From Octopus sinensis (lineage: Eukaryota): 64,000 nucleotides of DNA. A program made the position numbers and the translations under genes. The stretch lies in contig NC_042997.1 in assembly GCF_006345805.1 (NCBI RefSeq), positions 143,716,001 to 143,780,000 of the forward strand, read 5' to 3'. Each line of letters begins with the position of its first letter. The stretch's first letter is position 1. Shown piece after piece: positions 11,061-25,410 of the stretch. A model generated the notes under the pieces. It ran no database searches. It saw nothing but the letters and a program-made list of their open reading frames with translations, and was not told the DNA's origin.

Positions 11061-12138
11061 ACACTCACTCAAAACAACCGTCTTTCTTACTTTTGCCATC
11101 GTTCCACAGATCCCACGCAAAAACAACCTAATCCTTCCTTCCCCCAAATTATTTCCTTCGTTGCTCACGTTTTACTTCCGTTTAAACAGTACGTGATGGT
11201 TTTGCTATAAGTTTTCCCAGAGAAAAAAATCGTCGGCTCTGTGTTTCTGTGTTTCTTTCGTTGCAATTATTGTATATTGTATGGGAGTTACAGTTTTTGT
11301 GATCTTTTTATTATTATCAGCAAAAAGTGTATTTATAAACTTTAAATATAAATTCAGAATATGAAGGAATTATAAATTCCTTTACATTAAATCTCTTCCC
11401 TAAATCCTAGCTCCTCAACTATCAATTGCTCTCTGTTCAGATAAGAGAATTTTTTTGCAGTAAAGTCGTGAAACATACGGGCTCTAAGGTGTTTATCTAA
11501 ATACATTTAGCAATTTTTTCAGCTTTGATAACGAAGATGAAATAGTTTTCTCTATTGAAAAGAACATGAATCAGCTATTGCCTTTGAGAAGATTAAAACT
11601 AATACTACAGGCTGAAGCAATCGATGTATAGTTGTCATTATCATCATTCTTTTTGCATTTCGATTTCATCTTCGTTTCATCCTCAAATTCATTTTGAAAC
11701 GTTATTGTTTCTTAACGGCTTAAGATCATTGGAGGAGAATCTTTGATAAGGACTTTCTAAAGTTGTTGCAACTGGGAAAAGGGTCGTTTGTCGAAGCAAG
11801 TAGAATTATGAATGCGACACGAAACGCAGGATATTGATAGTAACAAAAAGCAATTCCACCTCATGATCTGAAAGAGGCTGACGCTATATCCAAAACTTCA
11901 TTGAGCCTTTGCATAAGCTATTTAGCTGATTTACATATTTGAAGAAATTCGTTGTCACCAGTTCAACCACCAAACTGTACGATATTGAGATTTCATGTCT
12001 ATATAAAATCTTTCCATAATTTTTTCAAATCTGTCTCAAACCACAACTGACTTGACTATCTAGGATTGTAATACGTAAGACTAGAACAAATTTTGAAACT
12101 TTGAAAATAGTGCTGACATCAAACGCATTTATATATAC

Positions 12139-12169
<31 letters not shown>

Positions 12170-12187
12170 TGTATGTATGTATGTATG

Positions 12188-12219
<32 letters not shown>

Positions 12220-12974
12220 CATAAAGATAGGTAGTTATGTATTTTAATATGCATGTATACATACATAATAATGCATATATACGTACAACCATACATATTT
12301 ACATAAAAGAATTAAAGTGACTATTCGCAATTTAAAAACTAAAAGGCACATGTACAAAAGTGACAAAGGGTGCAAATCAGCACCAGCATTGCTAGAAATA
12401 AGAGTCAAAGCAACTCTTAACCTCGGGCAAAGCACTTATCTATTGACTGACAAGGGAGAACAACCTCCCTACAGCAAGCGAAGAGTAACAGATCATGGAT
12501 TATTTCGAATTGAATTTATCCTCATTAGTAATACTTACGCCGTTGCCTAACGTTAAATTGAACTTGCATTGTCAGTTTTATATCTTTTACCGAGCCGCTA
12601 AGTTACAGGGATATAAACAAACCAATACCAGTTGTCAAGCGGGGTAGGGGTGACAAAGTCGGGCACAAAGTCAGACAAACTTCCACTGCTCTAGCGATCA
12701 ATTCTATAGGTTTTTACTCCACTCTAAACGCTTTGCAACGTTTGTTTTTGAAAGTAGTGGTTTCAAACGTTAGGTTGGGGGTCTCCATCATGGTAACGAG
12801 TACTGAAGAAGCTAAGTATTTGAACGTGAGTCCAATTACTTAAATGTACATTAGGAGATTTTATTAACCTGATCTGTCTTCGGTTGATTTCTATAGTTAT
12901 CACCGGCGATTTAAATAGGAGTTTTGACTGTTATTTTCAGCAGGTAGACATACTTAGTATGTCCTTTGATTAAT

Positions 12975-13098
<124 letters not shown>

Positions 13099-13124
13099 AT
13101 ATATATATATATATGTATATGAAA

Positions 13125-13320
13125 ACACAAAGAGAAAACACAACAACGCGAGGACGTGGATCAAGTATTGTGTTATTTGACGCTCAGGAAAGGAAAGAAA
13201 GAAGGAGGATTTAACGTTTCGAGCGGAGCTCTTCGTCAGAAACATAGGAAAAGGAAAGATCCAAGGAAGGAAAGACGGAGGAAAAAAAATCGCCAACGAT
13301 ACACACGCGGTCACATACAC
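13125..13320 (-). mobile_element. Solo PLE pLTR-like element
   Basis: Same layout as 1200-1456 (pyrimidine tract, hammerhead, ttcctgagcg motif, (TA)n end). Confidence 0.65.
13209..13243 (-). ncRNA. Minimal type I hammerhead ribozyme motif with canonical core
   Basis: Minus strand gttt-CTGACGA-A-GAGC(tcc)GCTC-GAA-ACGT-T-aaat: intact CUGANGA and GAAA, stem II 4 bp, palindromic stem III. Confidence 0.7.
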
Positions 13321-14172
13321 ACACATACACACCCACATATATACATACATATGTGTGTGTGTGTCTGTGTATTGGCTCGTTTGAAGTACGAATGGTGCTA
13401 TAAACGTTAGTTTCTGATATGAGGTAAAAATGTTACTCCATATATAAGAAACTGGGAATTAGGGTTCCATTTACATTGTAATAATAGCTTCAGATAAAAA
13501 GCAAACATACGTATATTCACACACACATACGTATGTGTGTGAACTACTATATATTTAAATATACAAAAGAATGACGCAATCTTTATATATAGATATTTAA
13601 CGAAATACCTATTAAAATTACGCCAAACATTAAGTTTAATGTTTCATGTGATATTATAATTTTCAGAGGAATGAAAAGAAATTTAAGTATGCTGCCGCAA
13701 TTCACAGTTGTTTTTATTTAGCCCGATCGCAGTATTGATTGGAAAGGCTTATGATCAAAGAAATTTCAACAGTGGCCATCTCATCATTCTAGGGATATCC
13801 AATATTACATTATTTAATGTGATATTTCGATATTTAAGATGGTTGGAGAAATATGATGGAAGTTTGGCTGCTATTTCTAGCAGGTACTGCGACCACATAA
13901 AAGCTCCTTCATAGATTCGTGCCGAAACGTCTTATTATTTCTCTATAAATCGAATAACTGAAACATGTCACTCTATTTCTTGGGAGAAGAGTCTGAGAAA
14001 CAAGCTTATTGCATTTAGGAAACTGCTTCTATCGTAGCAGAAACTGCTGCAGCTTTTCAGTATAAGACTCACATCACATACTGCTTAATACTGCAACAAT
14101 ATTGGAGACATTAGAACTGTTTAATGCGTGCTTTTACACATTCAAACATTTAAAATTACAAGGAGCAACAAT

Positions 14173-14822
14173 GCGGCGAGCTGGCAGAAACGTTAGCACT
14201 CCGGGCGAGATGCGTAGCCGTATTTCGTCTGCCGCTACGTTCTGAGTTCAAATTCTGCCGAGGTCGACTTTGCATTTCATCCTTTTGGGGTCGATAAATT
14301 AAGTACCAGTTACGCACTGGGGTCGATGTAATCGACTTAAACCTTATTTTCTGTCCTTGTTTTTGTCTCCTCTGTGTTTAGCCCCTTGTGGGTAGTAAAG
14401 AAATAGGTATTTGAAGGCGGCGAACTGGCAGAATCGTTAGTACGCCGGACGAGATGCTTAGCGGTATTTCGTCCGCCGCTACGTCTGAGTTCAAATTCCG
14501 CCGAGGTCGACTTTACCTTTCATCCTTTTAGGGTCGATAAATTAAGTACCAGTTACGCACTGGAGTCGATGTAACCGACTTGATCCGTTTGTCTGTCCTT
14601 GTTTGTCTCCTCCGTGTTTAGCCCCTTGTGGGTAGTAAAGAAATAGGTATTTCGTCTGCCGCTACGTTCTGAGTTTAAATTCCGCCGAGGTTGACTTTGC
14701 CTTTCATCCTTTCAAGGTCGACAAAATAAGTACTAGTCGAACATTGGGGACGATGTAATCGAATAACCCCATACTCCGAACATGCTGGCCTTGTGCGAAA
14801 ATTTGAAACCAAAATTACAAGG
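14173..14822 (+). mobile_element. Head-to-tail trimer of SINE family A
   Basis: Three successive units; the third starts internally at the junction aaagaaatagGTATTTcgtctgcc (14646-14652). Confidence 0.85.
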
Positions 14823-15120
14823 AATAACAAAGTCAGTATCCTTAGATAATTAAGCTTTTCCTGTCTTGTGTATGGCATGATTCACAGGACGTATTTTCCT
14901 GGTCTCCATGCATCATATGTGATACATATTCCAATTTGTTTTTCAACCACCATAATAACTAGCGACTTGTGAAAAGAAAGCTTTATATTATTCAGAACGT
15001 ATGGCACAAGGGCAAACTAAATATCTGAAAACACACATGGACGTTTAGCACAGAATTATGAATATGTGTTGGGCAAACAAAAGGCTAATGAAATATCTAT
15101 TATAATTCTGCCATAAAAAA

Positions 15121-15527
15121 GGCGGTGGAGTGGCTGCATGGTAAGTAGCTTGCTAACGAACCACATCGTTCCGGGTTCAGTCCCACTGCGTGACACCTTG
15201 GACAAGTGTCTTCTACTATAGCCTCGGGCCGACCAAAGCTTTGTGAATGGATTTGGTTGATGGAAACTGAAAGATGCCTGTCGTATATATGTATATATAT
15301 ATATATATATATATGTTTGTGTGTCTGTGTTTGCCTCCCCCCATCACTTGACAACCGATGCTGGTGTGTTTATGTCCCTGTAACTTAGTGGTTCGGCAAA
15401 AGAGACCGATAGAATAAGTACTAGGCTTAGAAAGAATAAGTCCTGGAGTCGATTTGCTCGACTAAAGGCGGTACTCCAGAATGGCTGCAGTCAAATGACT
15501 GAAACAAGTAAAAGAGTAAAAGAGTAA
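15121..15527 (+). mobile_element. SINE family B, full length
   Basis: tRNA-like head (tggctgcatgg A box, ggttcagtccc B box), internal (TA)/(TG) tract, CR1-like 3' stem-loop and (GTAAAAGA)n tail. Confidence 0.9.
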
Positions 15528-15885
15528 ATATGTGTTGGGCAACCAAAAGGCTAATCAAATATCTATTATAATCCTGCCATAAGAAAAGGCGGTGAGTTGG
15601 CAGAGTCGTTAGTACGCCGGGCGAAATGCTTAACTATTCCCTTCCTCCAAATTTCAGGTGTCGTGCTTATAGTAGAAAGGATAATTCTGCCATAAAATAC
15701 ATATTCGTTTGAAGTTGATGATGCACTTGATCACTACACAATGCGTCACGACTCGCGATCACTTAGGCAACGTAAGGAAACACAGTGCGATTACACATGT
15801 TTAAAGGAAAGTTAGTTTGAACTCTGATGGCAAACAAGGAATAATTACGGACAGTATCAGTATATTGGATCTCGTCAGCATAATA

Positions 15886-16112
15886 CCTATTTCTTTATTA
15901 CCCACAAGGGGCTAAACACAGAGGGGACAAACAAGGACAGACATAGGTATTAAGTCGATTACATCGATAACAGTGCGTAACTGGTACTTAATTTATCGAA
16001 CCCGAAAGGATGAAAGGCAAAGTCGACCTCGGCGGGATTTGAACTCAGAATGTAGCGACAGACGAAATACCGCTAAGCATTTCGCCCGGCGTGCTAACGT
16101 TTCTGCCAGCTA
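15886..16112 (-). mobile_element. SINE family A
   Basis: Reverse complement of the family A body ending gccccttgtgggtaataaagaaataggtatt. Confidence 0.85.
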
Positions 16113-16180
16113 ACCAAGCTGGAGATAAGTAACTGAATTTTAATTTATACAAAATAAATAAATAAATAAATAAATAAATA

Positions 16181-16599
16181 GGCGTAGGAGTTGCTGTGTG
16201 GTAAGCTATCTTGCTTACGAACCGCATGGTTCCGGGTTCAGTCCCACGGCGTGGCACCTTGGGCAAGTGTCTTTTACTATAGCCTCGGGCCGACCAAAGC
16301 CTTGTGAGTGGATTTTATAGACGGAAACTGAAAGAAGCCCGTCGTATATATGTATATATATATATATGTATTATGTATGTGTATAAGTTTGTGTCTGTGT
16401 TTGTCCTCCCACCATCGCTTAACAACCGATGGTGGTGTGTTTGCGTCCCCGTAACTTAGCGGTTCGGCAAAAGAGACCAACAGAATAAGTACCAGGCTTA
16501 CAAAGAGTAAGTCCTGGGGTTGATTTGCTCGACTAAAGGCGGTACTCCAGCATGGCCACAGTCAAATGACTGAAACAAGTAAAAGAGTAAATAAAGAGT
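16181..16599 (+). mobile_element. SINE family B, full length
   Basis: As for 15121-15527. Confidence 0.9.
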
Positions 16600-17147
16600 T
16601 ACGAATGTTTTTGATCAGAATAACTTGCAAATTTAAAAGCAAAAGTGTCAAGGGAAAAAACCCAAAAGGGACAATGCCACTGGCATGAAATTAAGTTACA
16701 TAATTACATTAAAGATAATGTACTGAATATCACATACGCTAAATTCTTGATTGGAATTTATTCATAAGTTGGAGGAAGAAATTAATTAGATTTTCAAAGA
16801 AAGGAGGGGATAATTTCAAAAAATTAATACAGGAAAAACAGATTTCGTTCCGATATTTCATGATGTCCTCCTAACTTACCCAAATAGCACGTCCAAGCAG
16901 TTTTAAAACATACATAATGATATAAGTATAAACAAACAGTTGTTTTATTTTTAAGCGCCGAAATGTGTATATAGATACAAATAAGAAATTAATTTATTTT
17001 CGAATGCAGGGACGCCGTTAGAACAGCAGAAACATTGGGTAAATTACCCTTACAAAGCGGAAAAATTTGTCAAAATCCAGTTATGTTATCCCGGATCAAT
17101 GACGACCGAATAACGAGGATAGGTTATTACAGCCAATAAGCTCTTAC

Positions 17148-17186
17148 GTTACTAAAACCACTGACAATCTCTGAAGACGACGCCAT
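17148..17186 (-). CDS. Candidate first coding exon (MASSSEIVSGFSN), product unknown
   Basis: aacATGGCG start context in a locally CpG-rich unique segment, 13 codons, then a gtaaga donor. Confidence 0.45.
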
Positions 17187-17724
17187 GTTATCAGCGTTAC
17201 GTTTCTACACGCTACACGTACAACTTCAATCACACTAGCCGTCACAAGCAGATAACTACCGCTGCAACTACATACGGAACGAGGGAGACTACATGGTCAT
17301 TTGAAATACTAGAAATAGATCCAAATTTCCCTTGATACATTACTGTCTTAAAAACGACGTCTACGACTACAACATTGAATAATATTATAGCTGATCCGTA
17401 ATTCTTTCTACTATAAGCACAAGGCCTGAAATTTTAGGTGGAGGGGCTAGTCGATTACATTGACCCAGTGTTCGACTGGTGCTTATTTTATCGAGCCCGA
17501 AAAGCAAAGTCGATCTCGGTAGGATTTGAACTCAGAACGTGCAGACGGACGAAATGCCATCACGCATTTTGTTCGGCGTGCTATCGATTCTGTCAGCTCG
17601 TCGTTTTAGAATTATATATAATTTCTATAAAAAATATATAAGATAGTCGTTGTTGAAATGCTCATAGATCTCTTCAACTAGGCTCGACCAGAGTTAAACA
17701 ACAATAGCAATAATAGCCTGGCTC

Positions 17725-17905
17725 CCGGTCAGTTGGGACGACGAGTGTTCCAGTCGATTCGATCAACCCAGCAGCCTGCTTGTGAAATTAATGTGCAAGT
17801 GGTTGAGCACTCTACAGACACGTACCCATAACATAGTTCTCAGGGAGATTCAGCATGACACAGTATGTGACAAGGTTGGCCCTTTGAAATACAGGTACTA
17901 CTCCT
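17725..17905 (-). mobile_element. SINE core/tail fragment shared with 23300-23410 and 47585-47760
   Basis: ccttgtcaca.tctgtgtca.gctgaatctccc.gagaacta.gtta...agccacttgcac.ttaatt core occurs three times in the window. Confidence 0.7.
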
Positions 17906-18861
17906 TTTCGCCAGCTGTGTGAATTCGATTGACGAGAAATAAAGTACGTTGTTCAAGGACACAACGTGCAACCGGGAAACGAACTCAAGACCTTACGATC
18001 GTGAGGCGAACGCTTTAACCACTAAGCCACGCACCTTCACAACAATAATCTTTTCTACTATAGCCATAAGGCCTGATATGTTGGGAAAGGGGGCTAGTCA
18101 ATTATGTCGACCCCAGTACTTAATTTATCGACCCCGAAAGCAGGAAAGGCAAAGTCGACCTCGACGGAATTCGAACTCGGAACATAAAGACGGAGGAAAC
18201 TCCGCTAAATATTTTGCCCGGCGTGCTAACGATTCTATCTTCACAACAACTACATACACAACACCTTAGCCAGCAACAGCAGCAGCAGCAGCAGCAGCAG
18301 CACCACCACCACCACCACCACCACGTTATTAAAACCGAAACGCAAAACGGTTCACTGCATCCATCATCACTGTAATTTCAAACACGCTTATGTAATCACA
18401 ATAGCTATGTGCCTTCCACTATGGCTACCATCGCACTTTTATTGCTGCTATTATTCCTCTATAGCTATACGGAGAAACCTCGCGCGCGTGCACGTGTGTG
18501 TGTGCGCGCGCGCGAGTGTTTGTATACGGTTTATATAAATCTAGCGCACGTTTTGTTGACATCAAAAGTAGTAAAACTATATGACACGCTAAATTAATAT
18601 TTTCAGTAGTAAGTTGCCGTTTCCTTTTTAAGCATACATACATATATACACACATATATGTATGCATGCATCCAGACGTACATACATGCATATATGCATA
18701 CATGCATATATACATACATACGTACATATTCATACCTACCTACATACTTACTTACCTACCTGCACACGCGTACAGCGACACATACATATACGTACAGGCA
18801 TATATACATTTATGCTTGCATACATAAATATATATATCTTGCGTTGTCAGAGCTAGGATGC

Positions 18862-20395
18862 GTGCTCTGAGGAACGAAGGAGTTGGAGCCGCCCGAGTGG
18901 TGGAGACGCAACGAGGCAACAGAGCCACCGACGGACCAGTTAAATTGCTCAGAGTCTGGTTTTGGTCGGGACCTCCAAATGGAGAAGAACTGGGGCGAAA
19001 TAACGACTAGGGTGGCCACTCTCACCGAGAGTAAGCTATCCCTAAAAGGTCGGGTGGAGGTGGCGAACGCGTATATCGCATCCGTCATCGAGTACCGTCT
19101 GACCGTCGTGCCTTGTACCGACCCTATCATCACCAAACTTGAACGCATACACTTCCGCTTCTTGTGGAAGGGAAGCGTTCCGATGGTTAGGCGATCCATT
19201 TGCTGTCAACACCCACTAAATGGAGGGCTAGGCATGCCGTAGTTGATGATGTACAGACATGCGCTGAGACTGCGACATCTCCGGCGCTTCATAGACGACG
19301 GTGAGCAGGTGTAGTCGCTTTCTCGCAGCTCATCTCCTTGGCCGAACTGCAGTCGTCGATCAAACAGAGACTGAGGCTAGACGAATAGCACCGCAAGTGT
19401 CGCGTTGTTCTCAAGCAGCTCTGCCGTACGGGACCAAACTTGTACAACTTCATTACAATGAAGGCGTTCTATAGAGGATTAGTGAAGGGGAGGTGCGACA
19501 ACATTCTCAGGCAGAATCTGGGCGTCGTCTAAGAACACCTGACCCGCCTGTTCAGTACATCTTTCCGGCCGGGACCTATGGACAATCACCAAAGATCCCT
19601 GGCTTGGCAGTGCTATCAAGAAGCATTACCTGTTTGGGATAAGCTCTACAGGGACGGTTCGAGACACACCGAACCGACTTAATTTGTTTGAAAAGCGGTA
19701 GGTCAGAGCGATGAAACCGTCTTGCACGAACTCGTGCAGTGTCCAACCATTTCGGACCTGTGGGCTTATGCCGAACGGCTGCTGTAACGTGTGGGACGAG
19801 TCCGCCTGTCGGCCGAGTCTATCGTGACAATTGCTCTGTCACCTTCCCTCAACCGGGAAGGCAAGGCAGTTTTCATCGTACTGGTGGCCATGTTGAAAGA
19901 ATGTGTGTGGTGGACTCGAGCGAAAGGATTAGAGACAAACACTTACCTCTCTGGCTAATCGCTAATCAACTTTTTCAAGTAACACTTGAAAAGGAAGGTG
20001 AGAATGGAGAGGCAGGTTTTGTCTGGTGAAAGTTTCAAAAAAAGGTGGGTGAATGTAGCAAAGATGGTGCGTGCAAGTGACGAAACCACTTTGAGCATGA
20101 TCCTGTAAATCGAAAAGAGAGAGAGAGCACTTTACTCTGATGAGTTTATTCCCTACCTGCTTGAGGTTACCGTGGTCTTTTCCGTAGGCTTTTCTTTCCA
20201 CGGATAAACCTAATCTTGCTTCTGTGATACACGATCCCTTTTAATCGCCTTTTTTTTCCCCCGACCCCTTCTGATCGGAATTTTACTTTTTTTTCTTTTT
20301 GTTTCCTTTTTTCTTTTTAATTTTCGAAAAGAAAAGCTCTACATTTGTATTTGTCCCCTCTGTGTTCAGCCTTGAGTGGCCAATAAAGAAAGTTA
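18862..20395 (+). pseudogene. L1/Tx1-clade LINE 3' part (post-RT region, CCHC finger, 3'UTR), multiply disrupted
   Basis: LSLKGRVEVANAYIAS..YRLTVVPC..LERIHFRFLWKG..V.RSIC.QHP..GGLGMP, then ETVLHELVQCP; several stops and frameshifts; T-rich UTR and aataaa at ~20383. Confidence 0.85.
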
Positions 20396-20458
20396 TCCAT
20401 CCATCCATCCGTCCGTCCGTCCGTCCGTCCGTCCGTCCGTCCGTCTGTCGTCTGTCTG

Positions 20459-20509
<51 letters not shown>

Positions 20510-21737
20510 CACATAGCAAACATAAGCTAGTCTAGCAACATCTCTATCAATGGCCTATTTCAACATTTTCTGACGAAGTCTGCTAAAGGTACTTAGAAAT
20601 GAAGCAAAGCATATCTTACGATAAAGCTTTTAATAAGGCTCCATCATAAGATATACTTTGTAGTAAGCTATTCAGCGCGAATTAGATTAATTCCTGACTA
20701 AGCTTAATACTCTATGCTATCGATTGGGAAATGAAGGACGGCTAAAAGATCGAGAAACAGTCCATCAGGAGATTTTTTCACGCTTTCTCCGTACCTCGAA
20801 AAGGCATGCGTTTACGTTCTTAGCACAGCTAAAATTTTCTTAAATCTATTTCGATTCTTCTGATTCATACTATGATAAACATAAAATATTTGCTGTTCAG
20901 TTTAAAAAACAAGATAACGAAAAAAACAAACAAAACAAAACAAAAAGAAGTAATTGTGATTAGGAAATACATTTTCTTTATGACTAATATATCAGAGACT
21001 AATTTTATTTATTTTGGTAAGAGAAATAACTCTAGACCTGTTTCTGTCGTTTATTCATTGAACTAATATATTTTCTTCATCATAGTAGCATTACTAACGC
21101 TCACTACATTTAAAATATGCACACAAGGCCAGCAATCTCGCGGCAGGGCGTAAGTCGATTACATAAACCTCAGTGTTCCACTGATATTTATTTTATCGAT
21201 CACGAAAGGATGAAAGATAAAGTCGACCTCGGCGGCATTTGAACTCAGGACGTAAAGATTGACGAAATGCCGATAAGCATTTTGCCGGGCGCGGTGTTAA
21301 CATTAATTTATGCTTTTCATGTGGATAGTATTTCCGAGTTAATTAATTAACCTCAGAGATTAATTTTATAATTAATGATTTCTTTTATGATAATGATTTC
21401 TTTTCTCAAGTCAATCTTTAGGGCAGAAGTTATTCTAATTACATTTTTGATGCTCATTACATGTAAACATGCTAAGACTAACTTAATTTTTGATTTTCAT
21501 GCGAATGGCGTCTCCAAGTAATTAATTAACCTCGGTGAAATATTTGTTTTTATAATTAATGTTTAAAATAAATAAAATTAAAAAAATGAGAATAACTGCG
21601 TGACTTGATTTGGATTGCTATATTTGGCAAATTTACCGGATGTCACTCATTGAAATGCTCACAAAAATCTGTTGAACCATCCTTACTCTTGTAAGTGGAA
21701 GTGTAGCATATGTTTCTAATATAAGTATATATATATA

Positions 21738-21946
21738 CAGAGTGTCCCAGAAGTCGCGCACCATTCTGGTTTTCCTTTAAAATAATTAAAGCATTTTATT
21801 TTATTATATTTTTTCTGCACGTTTTATTGTAAAGGGTGCTCAATTTGAGCATTTGTTACGATTAATTTCAATAAAGTCTTTTTGAAATCAATAAGGGTGT
21901 ATTCTTTTAAAACACCACGGGGGTGCGCACCTTCTGGGACACCCTG
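21738..21946. mobile_element. Tc1/mariner-type MITE (209 bp)
   Basis: TIRs cagagtgtcccagaagtcgcgcacc / ggtgcgcaccttctgggacaccctg flanked by TA. Confidence 0.85.
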
Positions 21947-22427
21947 TATATAAAAAAAATTGCAAAGAGCAATCAGTCTATGTTTGTTCAGTTTTGGGAT
22001 AAACCTTGTCATTTCTTTTATAAAGGTCAATTAATCCTTAGTTGTTTTTTTTTCTGTTTTTACAAACGTCAATCAGTTGTATACCAGGCCTGTACTAGCA
22101 TGACAGACCCTGCAATCCGTAATTTCTTGGTAAGTCTAAACATCTACCAGTGATAAACAACTGGATTTAATAAGAATATTGTCATCGGGTATAGAGTTGA
22201 TGTATTACCAAAAGAATTGTTCATACTTCATTGTTGAACGCGAGAAAGCTGTTTTCCCTATCTAATTTTGAGTAGTTTCATGTTTTTTTAAAAATCTATC
22301 TGCCCTGTTCAACACAATAAGTGTTTGCAAATAAGTAAAGGCTCTGTAAACTTAGATAAAGTAGTGAAAGAACATTTTACCAAACTTTTTTTAAAAATAG
22401 CAGTTCATATTTTCTCTTTGTAACAAG

Positions 22428-22572
22428 ACAGTACCCAGCAATGCATTTGCCGTACAAGATACCGACAGCAACATAAGCAGCCAAGAGCGAATTATTAAAA
22501 CAAGCAAAGCCGTAGCATCAGCTGGAAGATTATGTGCGTATAATCATATCGTCAGACAGAAGACAAAGGAAG
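22428..22572 (+). CDS. Candidate internal exon (TVPSNAFAVQDTDSNISSQERIIKTSKAVASAGRLCAYNHIVRQKTKE)
   Basis: Pyrimidine tract ttttctctttgtaacaag (alternative cag acceptor gives start 22432), open frame, AAG|gtattt donor; unique sequence; no homology recognised. Confidence 0.25.
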
Positions 22573-23112
22573 GTATTTATGACGTATCCAGACAGCGTTT
22601 CAGTGTTCATATCATATTACGTTGACCTGCAAAAGAAATTCATCGACCAAATACATATTTTAAGTGAAGCCAGCGTCATCAATATTACACATAAGGCGGC
22701 GGGCTGGCAAAATCGTTAGCTCGCTAGGCAAAATGCTTTGTGGCCTTTCTTCACATCCAGAGTTCAATTTCTGCAGAAGTCGACTTGACTTTTAATTTTT
22801 CTTTTTTTTTTCGCGGTCGATAAAATAAATACCACTTGAGCACTGGGATCGATTTAATCGACTTACATCCTTACCCGGAATTGCTGGTCTTGTGCCAAAG
22901 TTTGAAATCAATATTCATATCAGTAATAAGGTGGCTAGCTGGTAGAATCGTTAGCACGCCGGTTAAAATGTTTAGCAGCATTTCGCCGATCATTGTGTTC
23001 TGAGTTCAAATTTCGCAGTGGTCAGAATATAAGCATGCGCGTGCGCGTGTGTGCGTGTATATATATATATATATATGTATATATATAAATGTGTGTGTGT
23101 GTGTGTGTGTGT

Positions 23113-23610
23113 GGAGGCGCAATGGCCCATTGGTTTGGGCAGCGGACTCGCGGTTTCGATTCCCAGACCGGGCGTTGTGAGTGTTTATTGAGCAAAAACA
23201 TCTAAAGCTCCACGAGGGTCCGGCAGGCGGTGGTGATGAACCCTGCTGTACTCTTTCACCACAACTTTCTCTCGCTCTTTCTTCATGTTTCTGTTGTACC
23301 TGTATTTCAAAGGCCCAGACTTGTCACACTCTGTGTCACGCTGAATTTTCCCGAGAGCTACGTTAAGGGTACACGTGTCTGTGAAATGCTCGACTACTTG
23401 CACGTTAATAAGTGAGCTGCGACGTCACAGGTGTCCAGCTGTATCGGCCTTTGCCTTTCCCTTGGATAACATCGGTGGCGTGGAGAGGAGAGGCTGGTAT
23501 GCATGGGCGACTGCTGGTCTTCCATAAACAACCTTGCCCAGACTTGTGCTTCGGAGGGTAACTTTCTACGTGCAATCCCATGGACATTCATGACCGAAGG
23601 GGGTCACAAC

Positions 23611-23625
<15 letters not shown>
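23113..23625 (+). mobile_element. SINE family C composite copy with (CAA)n tail
   Basis: Same head as 1761, central core shared with 17725 and 47585, distinct 3' segment ending in caa repeats. Confidence 0.8.
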
Positions 23626-23704
<79 letters not shown>

Positions 23705-23877
23705 GGTCCCGGGTTGAGTCGGGGTTAACCACAGTAAATAAGGTACTCAATCCCTTTTTTGATTTTGAAGACGGTCAGATGCAATTCGGAGTCTAAGAAC
23801 TTCGTCTACTTTGTATGTTTGTATAATTGTACTGTGGAGGTGTGTGTGTGCGTCTCTGTGTGTACGTGTATGTTTGT

Positions 23878-23933
<56 letters not shown>

Positions 23934-24128
23934 TCTGTGTGTTTGGAGTAGGGGGAGAGACAAATAGAGAAAAGGGAAAATAAAAATAAAATAAGGGAGG
24001 AAGATGAGGAGAGAAGAATATATATATATGTGTGTGTGTATGTGTGGGTATATATATGTGTAGATTATATGTGCGTGTGTTTGCATGTTTGCATGTATGT
24101 GTATGTGTATTTGTATATATGTGTATGT

Positions 24129-24162
<34 letters not shown>

Positions 24163-24545
24163 GTGTGTGTCTGTATGTATATACATGGGCATATGTATAT
24201 GTATATGTATGGATGTTCGCATGTGTATGTATGTGGGTTTGTATGTATATTTATTTTATATGTTTTTTCATGTATATTTATCTACTTCTTCCTTCCACTT
24301 AATAACAACAACAACAAACTGACTAAAAGCAATAGTCTTCTAATTCACCTAAAACTCTATTCAATTATTCTATTTATTCATTTATTTACTTTATCACTGA
24401 TTCGTTTGACCACTCCCCTAAGAACGACAGTTTGTGCCCTGCTTACCCAAAAAACGTCCCCCACCACCACCCCATTAAATCTGCCTAAATGTATAAATAT
24501 CAGAACTTATTTTGACAGCAAGCTTCTGATGATTTCATTTGAATG

Positions 24546-24585
24546 AAACAGTTCTAGTCCTGTAGAAGCTCCTTCTATAAAATAT

Positions 24586-24662
<77 letters not shown>

Positions 24663-24664
24663 GC

Positions 24665-24701
<37 letters not shown>

Positions 24702-24708
24702 ATGTATA

Positions 24709-24749
<41 letters not shown>

Positions 24750-24877
24750 TATATATAATATATGTATGTATATGCATATATATATATATATGTAAATATA
24801 TATATATGTATATGCATATATATATATATATTATATATATATATATATGTATGTATATGCATATATATATATATATG

Positions 24878-24915
<38 letters not shown>

Positions 24916-24924
24916 CATATATAT

Positions 24925-24961
<37 letters not shown>

Positions 24962-25011
24962 TACATATATATATATATATATTTACATATATATATATAT
25001 ATATATATATT

Positions 25012-25048
<37 letters not shown>

Positions 25049-25049
25049 G

Positions 25050-25081
<32 letters not shown>

Positions 25082-25082
25082 C
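24546..25082. repeat. Long degenerate (TA)n microsatellite
   Basis: About 500 bp of near-pure alternating TA. Confidence 0.95.
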
Positions 25083-25371
25083 ACGGTACAGTAGAACGAA
25101 GAGTATATGCTGCATATATTTAAACCGTTGAACTTGATAAAGCTATAAGTAAATGTGGCTTTATTGAATAACATTAGAGAAAAGAAAGTTTATTTTTAAC
25201 CTCATAGCATTTTTTGATAAATAAAGTTACGTTATTATATATCTGTTTTTTTCTTTAATAAACATAAATCTGTCCTCAAATATCTTACGCACTCTATATG
25301 TGTGTGTGGTGCGTGTGTGTGTGGTGCGTGTGTGTGTGTGGTGTGTGTGTGTGTGTGTGTGTGTGTACGTG

Positions 25372-25410
<39 letters not shown>

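Noticed and set aside
11560-12010. Protein-like stretches on the minus strand (LMQRLNEVLDIAS..., FQNEFEDETK...)
   Set aside because: Several stops in each frame, no coherent splice solution and no recognisable family.
12317-12550. 77-aa ORF in unique sequence
   Set aside because: No recognisable domain or convincing splice pair; length is within chance expectation.
20569-20605. CTGACGA...AGAAA hammerhead-like string
   Set aside because: Stem II is poor and there is no stem III, UH site or stem I; it lies next to what looks like a decayed RT fragment.
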